A stretch of 50,241 bases of DNA, from assembly GCA_030697705.1 (NCBI GenBank), contig JAUYPE010000018.1:1-50241 (forward strand), in the 5' to 3' direction. The DNA comes from a bacterium. Lineage in GTDB: Bacteria; Patescibacteriota; Minisyncoccia; Sungbacterales; HO2-52-23. Made by a program: the position numbers and the translations under genes. The notes under the pieces are model-generated. The model did no database searches, was not told the DNA's origin, and worked only from the letters and a program-made list of their open reading frames with translations. Numbering within the stretch: position 1 is the first letter of the stretch; the number at the start of each line of letters is the position of its first letter. This document shows positions 26,034 to 35,375 of the stretch, piece after piece.

Positions 26034-27409
26034 TGAAAACCGTTTTTCTTACCAGTTTTGAAGGAATGGAGGTAAAAAATATTCTCCGCACCTCAATCCT
26101 TACCACGCTTCTCAAGGAGCGTGATATTTGTTTGGTCATTTTTACCCACACGCCCGAGCGCATGGCGTATCACCAGCGGGAGTTTCATGATCCGCGGATT
26201 CTCTATGAGATAGTGGAAAACCCTCCCGTTCAAGGCATGAACCTTTTTTTACAGCGGATGAAATTCCTGCTCCTCAAAACCGAGACGACAGATCTGCGCC
26301 GCCGCATGCGTTATCAAGAGGACGGCAATTTCTTCACGTATGCGAGCGGCTTGACACTCAATAGACTACTGGCGCGAAAGACCATGCGGCGCGCGATGCG
26401 TTTTCTGGATTATCACTTCGTTAATAACCGTCAATATGACGGCTATTTTGAAAAGTATCACCCCGCGCTCGTGGTGCTCGGCAATCTCTTTACCGAGCCG
26501 GAAACGGATTTTTTGCGGGCGGCGAAAAAATGGGGTGTGCGCACGGTCGGCTTTATCAATTCATGGGATAAGACGACCGCGCGCTCCGTCCTGCGCGGAC
26601 TGCCGGATAAGATCATCGTTTTTAACGATATTGTTAAGGGAGAGGTTGTGGCGTACAATGACGCGGATGCGCGTGATATTTTTGTTGGCGGCATGCCGCA
26701 TTTTGACCATTATTTTTCGGGAATCGTTACGCCGCGTGATCAATTCTTGGCGAGTATGCGACTGCCGCCAAACTGTCGCTATATCGTCTACGCTCCCATC
26801 GGCAATGCTTGGAACAATTCCGACTGGGAGATTATTGATTTGCTCTATCGGCTGAATGAGGAGGGGAAGTTCGGCAAGGACATCGCGATTCTGGTTCGCT
26901 TCCCGCCCAACGACTTCATTGACCCGCACGAACTTGAACAGAGGCCTCACCTCCTTTATGAATATCCCGGTTTCCGTTTTTCCACGAAGCGCGGGACTGA
27001 CTGGGATATGGGAGAACAAGAAATGCGGCATCTTGCCGATACGCTCGCGCATATGGCGCTTCTCATCGGCTATACCTCAAGTATCGCGGTGGATGCGGCC
27101 GTTTTTGACAAGCCCGTCGTCAATATCTTTTTTGAAATAAGCGCAAAAAAATCGCTCCTCGTGTCTCCGATGCATTACTATTCCATGACGCACTACAAAA
27201 AAGCTTTTGCGGCCGGTGGCGTACGGCGCGCGGACAGTGCGGATGCGCTGGTGGCATGGGTACGGCGTTATCTGGAGAACCCCGCGCTTGACCGTGAGGG
27301 ACGGCGGCGTATTGTGCGGGAGCAGTGCGCTATCACGGACGGCACATCCGGCGCGCAGATCGCCGCATTTATTCTTGATATTCTGAAAAAATCTGCCCGT
27401 AGCGCCTAA
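26033..27409 (+). CDS. GT-B protein, CDP-glycerol glycerophosphotransferase/sialyltransferase-like (paralog B)
   Basis: INSWDK, GGMPHFD, LVRFPP, SSIAVDAAVFDKP, DGTSG; paralogous to 15490-16872. Confidence 0.6.
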   Translation: MKTVFLTSFEGMEVKNILRTSILTTLLKERDICLVIFTHTPERMAYHQREFHDPRILYEIVENPPVQGMNLFLQRMKFLLLKTETTDLRRRMRYQEDGNFFTYASGLTLNRLLARKTMRRAMRFLDYHFVNNRQYDGYFEKYHPALVVLGNLFTEPETDFLRAAKKWGVRTVGFINSWDKTTARSVLRGLPDKIIVFNDIVKGEVVAYNDADARDIFVGGMPHFDHYFSGIVTPRDQFLASMRLPPNCRYIVYAPIGNAWNNSDWEIIDLLYRLNEEGKFGKDIAILVRFPPNDFIDPHELEQRPHLLYEYPGFRFSTKRGTDWDMGEQEMRHLADTLAHMALLIGYTSSIAVDAAVFDKPVVNIFFEISAKKSLLVSPMHYYSMTHYKKAFAAGGVRRADSADALVAWVRRYLENPALDREGRRRIVREQCAITDGTSGAQIAAFILDILKKSARSA

Positions 27410-27415
27410 CCGTCC

Positions 27416-28363
27416 ATGCCACTTTCCTCCGCTTCCCAATTCATAATCGTCAATTATCACTACGTTGAAGATCCGCGACCGGATTTTTCCGGTATCCATC
27501 CATGCTCGGTTTCAGAATTTGAACGACAGGTGCGCTATCTGGTTGAAAACTATACCGTTACCTCCGTGCCCGAATTGTTTCGAGCCGTACAGGAGGGGAG
27601 GAGCGGTACCCATGCCGCGATCACGTTTGACGACGGACTGCGGGATCAACTTGAGTACGCGGTTCCCATTCTCCGGAACCATGGCGCTCCGGCTATGTTT
27701 TTTTTCATTACCGGTACACTTGAGGGATTCGTGCCGCTCGCGCATAGGATCCATCTCTTGAGTTCGCGGATGAGCATGGCGGAAATTGCGTACGCGTTCA
27801 ATGCCTTTCTTAAAGAATCATTTCCGGATGTCAGCGAGCGCTATTATATTTCCAGCGATCGGCGTCTCACTGACCGACGGCTCCATGAAGATGTTATGTC
27901 CGCTAATGTGAAAGAAACGCTCATTTTGATACCAAAAGAGATTCGTGACGCTTTTTTCCGTACCGTCGCATCGCATGTGCTTGGCGAGGACGAAGGTGTA
28001 ATTACACGGCGGCTTTTTATGAACGGGGATGAGATGTGGGAGCTGGAGCGGGCGGGATTTGCGATTGGCAGTCACACGCACTATCATGAATCGCTTGAGC
28101 ATCGGGACGAAGCGGCATTTCGGGAAGATACGGCGAAAGCACAGAAAGTATTTTCTCGCTCTCTTGGTAAAACGCCGACGGTCATCTCCTATCCGCACGG
28201 CAGATCAAGTGAGGCGACCAAGAAGGTACTTGAGGAGTTTGATTTTACGCACGGTGTGACGATTGAGCGGCGTAGCGTTACCGCGGAAGATGATCCGTTC
28301 GCCATCCCGCGGTTTGATACGACGGATCTGAAAGTTTTTTTGAATAGTGCGCATGTGTCGTAA
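27416..28363 (+). CDS. Polysaccharide deacetylase (CE4)
   Basis: NYHYV, ITFDDG, IGSHTHYH, SYPHG, IPR. Confidence 0.9.
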   Translation: MPLSSASQFIIVNYHYVEDPRPDFSGIHPCSVSEFERQVRYLVENYTVTSVPELFRAVQEGRSGTHAAITFDDGLRDQLEYAVPILRNHGAPAMFFFITGTLEGFVPLAHRIHLLSSRMSMAEIAYAFNAFLKESFPDVSERYYISSDRRLTDRRLHEDVMSANVKETLILIPKEIRDAFFRTVASHVLGEDEGVITRRLFMNGDEMWELERAGFAIGSHTHYHESLEHRDEAAFREDTAKAQKVFSRSLGKTPTVISYPHGRSSEATKKVLEEFDFTHGVTIERRSVTAEDDPFAIPRFDTTDLKVFLNSAHVS

Positions 28364-28392
28364 ATGCTGAACATCGTCATCCGGTTGGCTCA

Positions 28393-28421
28393 TTGCAAAG
28401 CGGTGAATCGCGTGGTATCAT
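28393..28421 (+). promoter_or_regulatory. sigma70-type promoter
   Basis: TTGCAA-17 nt-TATCAT with TG extension. Confidence 0.55.
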
Positions 28422-28529
28422 CCGACAAAAGAAATAAAAGGATTTACTGTATAGTACCCGGGCATTATGCGCGCGAAAGCAATCAAAATTTTTGTTGAGT
28501 TATAAACTTATCCACTTTTCACAAGAATT

Positions 28530-29429
28530 ATGAAACCTCAAATCACTATTTGTTCAGTTTATCATTCTCCGGCAACCAAAGCATTGCTTGACTTCAATTA
28601 TGAATTTGTGAAAGAACAGAATCCAGACGTCGTGATTAGAACACTTGTAGCCGATAATTCTCCAATCCCCCTGAATAATAATAAACCCTATACTGTCATA
28701 AAAGGGGTGGAATTTCCGACAGATGTTCACCCTTTTTACGGTGCTCCCTATCATCACGGACGGGCGATAAACAATCTTTTACCACACATTAACACGAGAT
28801 TTGTTCTTTTCCTTGATCCCGATGTATTTCTCGTATCACCTCACCCGCTACGCACCATTATAGACCTGATGAAAAAAAAGAATTTAGCATTTTTTGGTAT
28901 TCCTTGGCATCCCATAATACACAGTAGTAAGATTCGCTATTTTCCTGCAACTCATGCTTTTTTTGTGGACAGGGAGAAAATAAAAGATGGACTTGATTTT
29001 GAGCCGCAGTATCATCGTTTTCCCCAAAAGAAACCCAGCATATTACCTCTAAAAATGCAAAAAGCATGGAATCTTTTATCTTTAAAAAAGAGACGATCAA
29101 TAGGAAAATCAAAAGAGACGGGTTATAAGGTCTACGAACAATACCGTCATCTTCCCTATGCAACAGCAGTTTCCGTGATTGATTATACTCCTACGCTTCT
29201 TGATAAAGTGCTTCCCGATTCGTTGTGCTTTATGCCTAAACGAAAAGGCAGTACCACTCCAATAGGATTCAAAGAAACGGGGCATTACGATGCGCGGGGA
29301 AGAGAGTGGCAGGAATTCATGCTAGACGGCGCTCCTTTCTGTTTTCATGTGCGCGGTGGTTCCAAGAAGTTTTTTGAGGATACCGAGAAAAAAATAAGTG
29401 AGCTTGAGCTTATTCTAAAAACTTTTTAG
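28530..29429 (+). CDS. Probable GT-A-fold glycosyltransferase (AT-rich)
   Basis: ITICSV, VADNS, HGRAIN...TRFVLFLDPDVF (DxD), FHVRGG. Confidence 0.6.
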   Translation: MKPQITICSVYHSPATKALLDFNYEFVKEQNPDVVIRTLVADNSPIPLNNNKPYTVIKGVEFPTDVHPFYGAPYHHGRAINNLLPHINTRFVLFLDPDVFLVSPHPLRTIIDLMKKKNLAFFGIPWHPIIHSSKIRYFPATHAFFVDREKIKDGLDFEPQYHRFPQKKPSILPLKMQKAWNLLSLKKRRSIGKSKETGYKVYEQYRHLPYATAVSVIDYTPTLLDKVLPDSLCFMPKRKGSTTPIGFKETGHYDARGREWQEFMLDGAPFCFHVRGGSKKFFEDTEKKISELELILKTF

Positions 29430-29434
29430 TTACT

Positions 29435-30268
29435 ATGCGCGTACTTCTTTTTGGCGGCACGGGACAACTTGGTTCTGAACTTTTAGCGCAAGGAACATCA
29501 AAGGGATGGACTATTCATGCGCCATCAGTGGATGAGGTAGATATTCAAAATGTGGAAGCGATAAAAAGGATTATTGCGGGAGCGCCTCCTGATTTGATTA
29601 TCAATGCGGCGGGATATCACGGACTGGCTTCGGCGGAGCGAGAACCCCAAAAAGCTCTCGCAATAAATTTCATTGCCGTGGCAAATATAGCCATCCTTGC
29701 TCAAACCTACCAAATACCATTCATAACTTATTCAACTGGTTATGTCTTTGCTGGTGATAAGGGAGATTGTTATGAAGAAGATGATGTCCCTTGTCCCATT
29801 AACGCTTACGGACGATCAAAATACATGGGAGAATTACTTGCACGGCGCAGCGCTCCCCAACTCGCAACCGTCATACGCACGAGTGTTTTATTCGGAGGAG
29901 AAAGTTTTTTGCTGAAAATTTTAAAGAAGAATAAGAATAAGGTTAAGGTGAGCGACGAGCAAATAATAAGTCCTACTTATGCTAAACATTTGGCGGCTGG
30001 CACAATACAACTTATTGAAAAAAAAGCCCCCGCCGCCATCTATCATCTCGTAAGTGAGGGCGCCTGCTCATTGGCTTATCTTGCCATGGAAACAATTAAA
30101 TTATCAGGATCATCCACTAAGATAATTCCAGTTAATTCGCGCGGATACAGAAAGGGAGTGCATCGTCCCCTTAACTCCTCGTTGCGGAATGTTCGCGCTC
30201 GGTCCCTCGGAGTAATGTTTCCCTCTTGGCAAGGAGCATTAAAAGAATATCTAAAATCTTTATCATGA
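29435..30268 (+). CDS. rfbD: dTDP-4-dehydrorhamnose reductase
   Basis: GGTGQLG, INAAGY, STGYVF.G, P.NAYGRSK, DEQIISPTY, RPLNSSL. Confidence 0.85.
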   Translation: MRVLLFGGTGQLGSELLAQGTSKGWTIHAPSVDEVDIQNVEAIKRIIAGAPPDLIINAAGYHGLASAEREPQKALAINFIAVANIAILAQTYQIPFITYSTGYVFAGDKGDCYEEDDVPCPINAYGRSKYMGELLARRSAPQLATVIRTSVLFGGESFLLKILKKNKNKVKVSDEQIISPTYAKHLAAGTIQLIEKKAPAAIYHLVSEGACSLAYLAMETIKLSGSSTKIIPVNSRGYRKGVHRPLNSSLRNVRARSLGVMFPSWQGALKEYLKSLS

Positions 30269-30290
30269 TTATTCTCCATTTTTCTTCTAT

Positions 30291-30338
30291 CTTAGATTCA
30301 AGCTTCTAACGCAACAGCGTCAGAAGCTTGAATCTAAG
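30291..30338. repeat. Long perfect palindrome
   Basis: 17-bp inverted repeat CTTAGATTCAAGCTTCT / AGAAGCTTGAATCTAAG around a 14-nt spacer that itself pairs (ACGC/GCGT). Confidence 0.8.
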
Positions 30339-30429
30339 CAATTTAAGAATACTGAATGAAGAACAAGAAGAGAGATTCTCTTTTTTCCTGATGTTCCTTA
30401 TTCTTAATGTATCATTTATCATTTTTCTC

Positions 30430-30750
30430 ATGCGCGTAGGCATTGATCTTGTCGCGGTGAAAAAATTTCTGAAGGTTAAAAAAACGGACTACTGGCGGTG
30501 GAGTCATGTCTTTACCGTCAACGAGTGGGCGTATGCCTTTCGGGATGTTCACAGAGCGGAACATTTGGCTGGGATGTTTGCGGCGAAAGAAGCGGCGATG
30601 AAGGCGTCGGGTCGCATGGGCGTGGAGTATTTGAAATTTTTTGAAGTGCGCCATACCGCTCGGGGGGCTCCTTCTCTGCGTCGTGCGGGTTATCGGGTGA
30701 GTATCAGTCATGACCGAACTTATGCGATTGCCGTTGTACTCGTAGAATAA
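30430..30750 (+). CDS. acpS: Holo-ACP synthase (4'-phosphopantetheinyl transferase)
   Basis: VGIDLV, FT..E, LAGMFAAKEAAMKA, G.P, VSISHD..YAIAVV. Confidence 0.9.
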   Translation: MRVGIDLVAVKKFLKVKKTDYWRWSHVFTVNEWAYAFRDVHRAEHLAGMFAAKEAAMKASGRMGVEYLKFFEVRHTARGAPSLRRAGYRVSISHDRTYAIAVVLVE

Positions 30751-30767
30751 GTGACGGGGCGGAATGT

Positions 30768-32411
30768 ATGAAATTTTCGGATCTCCAACAGGAAGTCAGC
30801 GCTCTGGTGGACAAAGGCGAGTCGTCGTCCGCGCCGTATCTTTTGTGCGCCAAAAATATGGATGTGTTTGAGGACGGCACACCCTCCTATGTCCGTACCG
30901 TGCGCGCAGCGTTCCTTGGAAGCTACACCTTGCAAGGACTCGCCGAGGTGTACCGTGCGCGCGGAATTTTTCATAACATTCTCGTACAGGTCTATACGGC
31001 GCCGTACAACCAATTCAGCCAAGAGATCCTCGCGAGTGAAAGCGGACTTCACACATTCAATCCTGATCTCGTGTATCTTTTACTGGATGCCCCCGATCTC
31101 TTAAGCACTACCCACCTGGCGGATCTCATTGCCGCGTTATTAGAGCGGACGCGCGCACAAATTATTATTTTTAATTTCGTCTCCGGTCCGCGCATCGATG
31201 AAACTGCGGTTGTGGAGCGTAATCGGCAATTGGCGGCGTTGTGCGGTGAGAACACGCGGACGCATCTTTTTGATTTTCACTCGTTTCTTGAGCGTATCGG
31301 CAAAGACGCGCATTGGTATACCAAGTATGCCGACTTGGGCGATCTGCGCCTCTCGCCCGCGGCTTTTCCCGCACTCGCCGAATCTTTGCTCGGTTATGCG
31401 GTCGCCCATGCGGGGAATACGAAAAAATGCGCCGTGCTTGATTTGGACAATACCTTATGGCAGGGGATAGTGGGGGAGGACGGTCCGGAAAATATCGTGC
31501 CCGACCGGAAGCTCCAGACGCACCTACTCTCGCTTTTTGAAAAAGGCATCATCCTTGCGCTTGACAGTAAAAATAACGAGGAGGATGCCCTGCCTATTTT
31601 TGAAAATTGTCCCGACATGGTCTTGCGAAAAAATCATATCGCCGCGTGGCGAGTGAATTGGGAGAGCAAGGAAAAAAATATCGCCGAGCTTGCCGAGGAG
31701 CTGAATCTTGGCACTGAAAGTTTTGTTTTTGTGGACGACGATCCGTTTCAGCGAGGTGCGGTACGGACGGCGTTTCCCGAAATCGCCGTCCTATCTCCCG
31801 AACAGATCTATGACTACGCGGGGTTCTGTTCTTTTGCGATTACCGACGAAGACCGTCGGCGCGGCTCCATGTACGCGGAAGAACGCCAACGGCGCGAACT
31901 GAAGGGCTCGCTCCGTACCGAGGAGGATTTTCTCAAAGAGCTTGATTTGCATGTCGTCATGAACGAGGTGTCCGATGAGACGATGGCGCGCGTGAGCCAG
32001 CTTACGCAAAAAACCAACCAATTCAATCTCACGACGCGCCGCTACGGAGAGGATGATATCAGGCGACTTTTGGGAAAGGGGTGGCGGGTGTGGACGATCG
32101 GCGTAACCGACCGTTTCGGCGACTACGGAACGACGGGCGTGGTCATGATTGAACCGCAGAGCGCTGATGAATGGCGCGTTGATAACTTTCTTTTGAGTTG
32201 CCGCGTCCTCGGAAGAAAAGTGGAAGACCGTCTCGTCGCCCATCTCATTGATGCGGCCGGGCGCGCCGGGGTGCGGACGATCCACGCGGAGTATCGCGCT
32301 TCGTCAAAAAATCGGCAGACCGAGTCGTTTTGGGACCGGATGGCATTCACGCGCATAAAAGAAGATAATGAACACACTCTTTACCGCCATGAACTCACCG
32401 TTGCCACATAA
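30768..32411 (+). CDS. fkbH: FkbH-like HAD-IIIC glyceryl-ACP synthase
   Basis: PYNQF.QE, VLDLDNTLWQG, SKNN, NW..K, FVDD, QLTQKTNQFNLTTRRY, DRFGDYG, LLSCRVLGR. Confidence 0.9.
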   Translation: MKFSDLQQEVSALVDKGESSSAPYLLCAKNMDVFEDGTPSYVRTVRAAFLGSYTLQGLAEVYRARGIFHNILVQVYTAPYNQFSQEILASESGLHTFNPDLVYLLLDAPDLLSTTHLADLIAALLERTRAQIIIFNFVSGPRIDETAVVERNRQLAALCGENTRTHLFDFHSFLERIGKDAHWYTKYADLGDLRLSPAAFPALAESLLGYAVAHAGNTKKCAVLDLDNTLWQGIVGEDGPENIVPDRKLQTHLLSLFEKGIILALDSKNNEEDALPIFENCPDMVLRKNHIAAWRVNWESKEKNIAELAEELNLGTESFVFVDDDPFQRGAVRTAFPEIAVLSPEQIYDYAGFCSFAITDEDRRRGSMYAEERQRRELKGSLRTEEDFLKELDLHVVMNEVSDETMARVSQLTQKTNQFNLTTRRYGEDDIRRLLGKGWRVWTIGVTDRFGDYGTTGVVMIEPQSADEWRVDNFLLSCRVLGRKVEDRLVAHLIDAAGRAGVRTIHAEYRASSKNRQTESFWDRMAFTRIKEDNEHTLYRHELTVAT

Positions 32412-32649
32412 TGCTCCGCTTGATATCCGCCGCGTACTGGGTGAGATGTTTGGCGTACCTGCCGAATCGTTGAAAGATGAGGATTCACCCGAGACGATTC
32501 CGGCGTGGGATTCGTTCCAGACGCTTATCATGTTTCAGGAGGTGGAGCGGGCGGCGGGTATCTCCTTCACGCTGGACGATATCAAGCGGGTTCGCACGGT
32601 AGGGGATCTGAAAAAAATATTACGCGCTTATCAGGTGCCCCTTCTGTGA
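32389..32649 (+). CDS. Acyl carrier protein
   Basis: IPAWDSF (phosphopantetheine Ser), E...GI.F, RTVGDL; overlaps the end of fkbH; start 32368 or 32389. Confidence 0.85.
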   Translation: MNSPLPHNAPLDIRRVLGEMFGVPAESLKDEDSPETIPAWDSFQTLIMFQEVERAAGISFTLDDIKRVRTVGDLKKILRAYQVPLL

Positions 32650-33335
32650 TTCAAATGATTCAAAATATGATTCAAAAAACGGAGTGGGAGAATTTTTTCT
32701 CAAACAATAAAGCAACCGAGTGGTACCCGAGCGAGGCGGTGGTGCGGTTTTTGTGCTCATATAGGAAAGAACACGGCTCGTCGGGCGCGAAATTTCTTGA
32801 CCTCGGATGTGGAAACGGCCGTCATGTGTGGCTCGCGGCGAAAGAAGGATTTACTCCCTACGGCATAGATCTCTCCGAGCAGGCGATCAAACTGGCGAAA
32901 GAATGGATGGCGCGAGATGGACTCTCCTACGCGGATCTGCGGCATGGTAGTATCGCCGACCCGCTTCCGTACGCTGATAATTTTTTTGATATCGCGGTGA
33001 GTTACGGCGTGCTTGACCATATGGTCATCGCCGAGGCGCGGCGCGCACTTCAAGAGCTTCTGCGCGTATTGAAACCCGGGGGCGCCATTCTTCTGAAGCT
33101 TGAATCAAACACATCGTTTACGTTTGATTCGTCGCGACAATTCGCAAAAAACGAAATTATTCTTGAGAAGAAAGTGGAAAAAGGCATGGTACAGCATTTT
33201 TTTGATCGAGATGAAGTGGTGGCATTGGTGCGCGATTTCGTCCTCGTCCGGGCATTTCGCGAAGACCTTCGGCGATTTGATGATTTGGAAAAAAACGATC
33301 AGTCGCGCTGGATTTTCATCGGTAAAAAGCCCTAG
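32646..33335 (+). CDS. Class I SAM-dependent methyltransferase
   Basis: YPSEAVVRF, LDLGCGNGRH, GIDLS, LPYADNFFD, VLKPGG; start is GTG 32646, ATG 32655 or ATG 32667. Confidence 0.9.
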   Translation: MIQMIQNMIQKTEWENFFSNNKATEWYPSEAVVRFLCSYRKEHGSSGAKFLDLGCGNGRHVWLAAKEGFTPYGIDLSEQAIKLAKEWMARDGLSYADLRHGSIADPLPYADNFFDIAVSYGVLDHMVIAEARRALQELLRVLKPGGAILLKLESNTSFTFDSSRQFAKNEIILEKKVEKGMVQHFFDRDEVVALVRDFVLVRAFREDLRRFDDLEKNDQSRWIFIGKKP

Positions 33336-33442
33336 ACCCCCCTGCATTATAACCATTTCTCCTCTCATTAATGGTCTGACAAAGTTAGATGTTGGAAATC
33401 TCAAAGAGGAGTATGAGGTTTATGCGATAAAATAAAAGCGTT

Positions 33443-35371
33443 ATGAATAACGAGCAGCTCCATCGCAAAAAGGACTCGGCGCGGATTGTGTGGGATTCAA
33501 AACCGCGCCGCGCGCCCAATCCTAAAGACATTGAGTTTCAAACCGCCGAGGTCGTGATTCCGAATCCGGAAGCCGCCGGGCAGCTGCCAGTGTCTTTTCA
33601 AGACAAGCTCCTTGGCGAAGAAGAACTGGACAAGCAGAAAATGAATCGCCTTATCTGGGGCGACAATCTGCTCGCTATGCAGGCGCTTTTGAATCAGGGC
33701 TATGAAGGCAAAATCAATCTCATTTATATTGACCCGCCGTTTGATTCCAAAGCGGACTATTCGCATAAAATTAAACTTGGCGAAACCGAATTTACCAAAG
33801 AGCCCTCGGTGATTGAGCGGCTCGCCTACAAAGACACGTGGGTCGGCGGCACGGACAGCTATTTGGATATGCTCTATCCGCGCCTGCAATTGATGAAACG
33901 TTTACTCGCTCCAAATGGCTCAATTTATGTCCACTTGGATTGGCATGTCGGACATTATGTAAAAGTGATGATGGATGAGATTTTTGGAAAAGATAATTTT
34001 GTGAATGAAATTGTATGGAATTATGTGAGTGGTGGTATTTCAAATCAATTTTTCGCTCGGAAACATGATAATGTTTATTTTTATGCAAAAGATATAGAGC
34101 ACCACATTTTCAATGTGCAGAAAGAGCGTGATGAGGAAAAAATCGCAAAAATAAATAAATCGAAAATCTTCTCGGACGAAAAAGGTGAATACACCTGGTA
34201 TATCCGTCCAGATACAAATCCAAAAGTACCGCTAGGAGTGAAATCTTATCTTGATAAGTTTATGCAAGATGTATGGGATATACCAATTGTGAATCCCCAA
34301 GCGTATGAGCGACTTGATTATGACACTCAAAAACCATTAGCACTGTTGGAAAGAATCTTAAAGGCATCATCAAATGAAAATGATCTCGTTGCAGACTTTT
34401 TCTCTGGTTCCGGTACAACTCTTGCTGTTGCTGAAAAACTCAATCGGCGGTGGATTGGGTGCGAGCTCGGGAAAGTCGGTATACAAGTCGCGCGCGGGCG
34501 TCTGGTGGAGCAAAAATCAAAGCTGTTTCTTATTGAAAACATCGGCAACTACCAGCGCGAGATGATTTATCTTGGCGGAGCGCGGATTTACGAGATGCAG
34601 AAAATTATTTTGAAGCTCTATGGAGCAGAACCAATGGCGAACCGTAAGGATTTGGGCGTGCGGAAAACCGAGGACGGCGCGCTGGAACTCGTCTATTGCG
34701 GTTATCCCGACCGTGCGGTTGCGGCGCATAAGGTGGAGGATTTGGCGATTGAGGCGGCTACGCTTGACGGCGCGGGCTACAAACGACTCGTGATTTTGGC
34801 GTGGGATTATGAATACAATTATGACGAACTATTGCAGACGCGGATAAAAGCCGCCGGAAAGGATTTGAAAACGGAAATTATCAGCCGACAGATTCCGCCG
34901 GACATTTACGAGTATTTGAAACAGGCAAAATCAGAGGAAGATATTGAGCGGCTTTCGGATAAGGTAAAGTTTTTGGAAAAGCCGTATTTGAAATTGCTGA
35001 AACCGAAGGTGGATGACAACTCGGTTACCATCGGCATTGAAAAGTATGTGCTATATGACTTCCCGCTCGGAAATGGCAAGAAAGCGGACGAAGACCGCGA
35101 GGCATTGTTGCATCTCGTCAAGGACAATTTCGCTATCTTGATTGACTATTGGGCGGTGGATTGGGATTACGATGGACTGACGTTCAAAAGCCAGTGGCAG
35201 GATTTGCGCGGTTTGGGACGGAAGACAAAAGTAGTAACAACGGAGAAAGAACATTCTTATCCCTCGACTGTGCTCGGGACAGGCGAAAAAACGGGAAAAC
35301 ATACCATTGCCGTCCGCGTGGTAGATATTTTCGGCAACGATGCGACCGCAACAATTGATATAAAGGCATAA
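33443..35371 (+). CDS. mod: Type III R-M DNA methyltransferase (N6-adenine, beta class)
   Basis: LIWGDNL, IYIDPPF (motif IV), TQKP, DFFSGSGTT (motif I), IDYWAVDW, VRVVDIFGND. Confidence 0.9.
   Translation: MNNEQLHRKKDSARIVWDSKPRRAPNPKDIEFQTAEVVIPNPEAAGQLPVSFQDKLLGEEELDKQKMNRLIWGDNLLAMQALLNQGYEGKINLIYIDPPFDSKADYSHKIKLGETEFTKEPSVIERLAYKDTWVGGTDSYLDMLYPRLQLMKRLLAPNGSIYVHLDWHVGHYVKVMMDEIFGKDNFVNEIVWNYVSGGISNQFFARKHDNVYFYAKDIEHHIFNVQKERDEEKIAKINKSKIFSDEKGEYTWYIRPDTNPKVPLGVKSYLDKFMQDVWDIPIVNPQAYERLDYDTQKPLALLERILKASSNENDLVADFFSGSGTTLAVAEKLNRRWIGCELGKVGIQVARGRLVEQKSKLFLIENIGNYQREMIYLGGARIYEMQKIILKLYGAEPMANRKDLGVRKTEDGALELVYCGYPDRAVAAHKVEDLAIEAATLDGAGYKRLVILAWDYEYNYDELLQTRIKAAGKDLKTEIISRQIPPDIYEYLKQAKSEEDIERLSDKVKFLEKPYLKLLKPKVDDNSVTIGIEKYVLYDFPLGNGKKADEDREALLHLVKDNFAILIDYWAVDWDYDGLTFKSQWQDLRGLGRKTKVVTTEKEHSYPSTVLGTGEKTGKHTIAVRVVDIFGNDATATIDIKA
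35261..35284. repeat. 24-bp bulged-hairpin element read in frame within mod (PSTVLGTG)
   Basis: CCCTCGACTGTGCTCGGGACAGGC; TCCC(T)CGA/TCGGGA stem; exactly 8 codons between HSY and EKTGKHTIAV. Confidence 0.55.
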
Positions 35372-35375
35372 TTTT

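Noticed and set aside
30291-30338. Integron attC site
   Set aside because: RYYYAAC/GTTRRRY boxes are not at the outer ends, the stem has no extrahelical bases, and no intI is present
32505-32645. Gly-rich N-terminal extension of the methyltransferase ORF
   Set aside because: It overlaps the ACP gene in another frame; the real start is at 32646-32667
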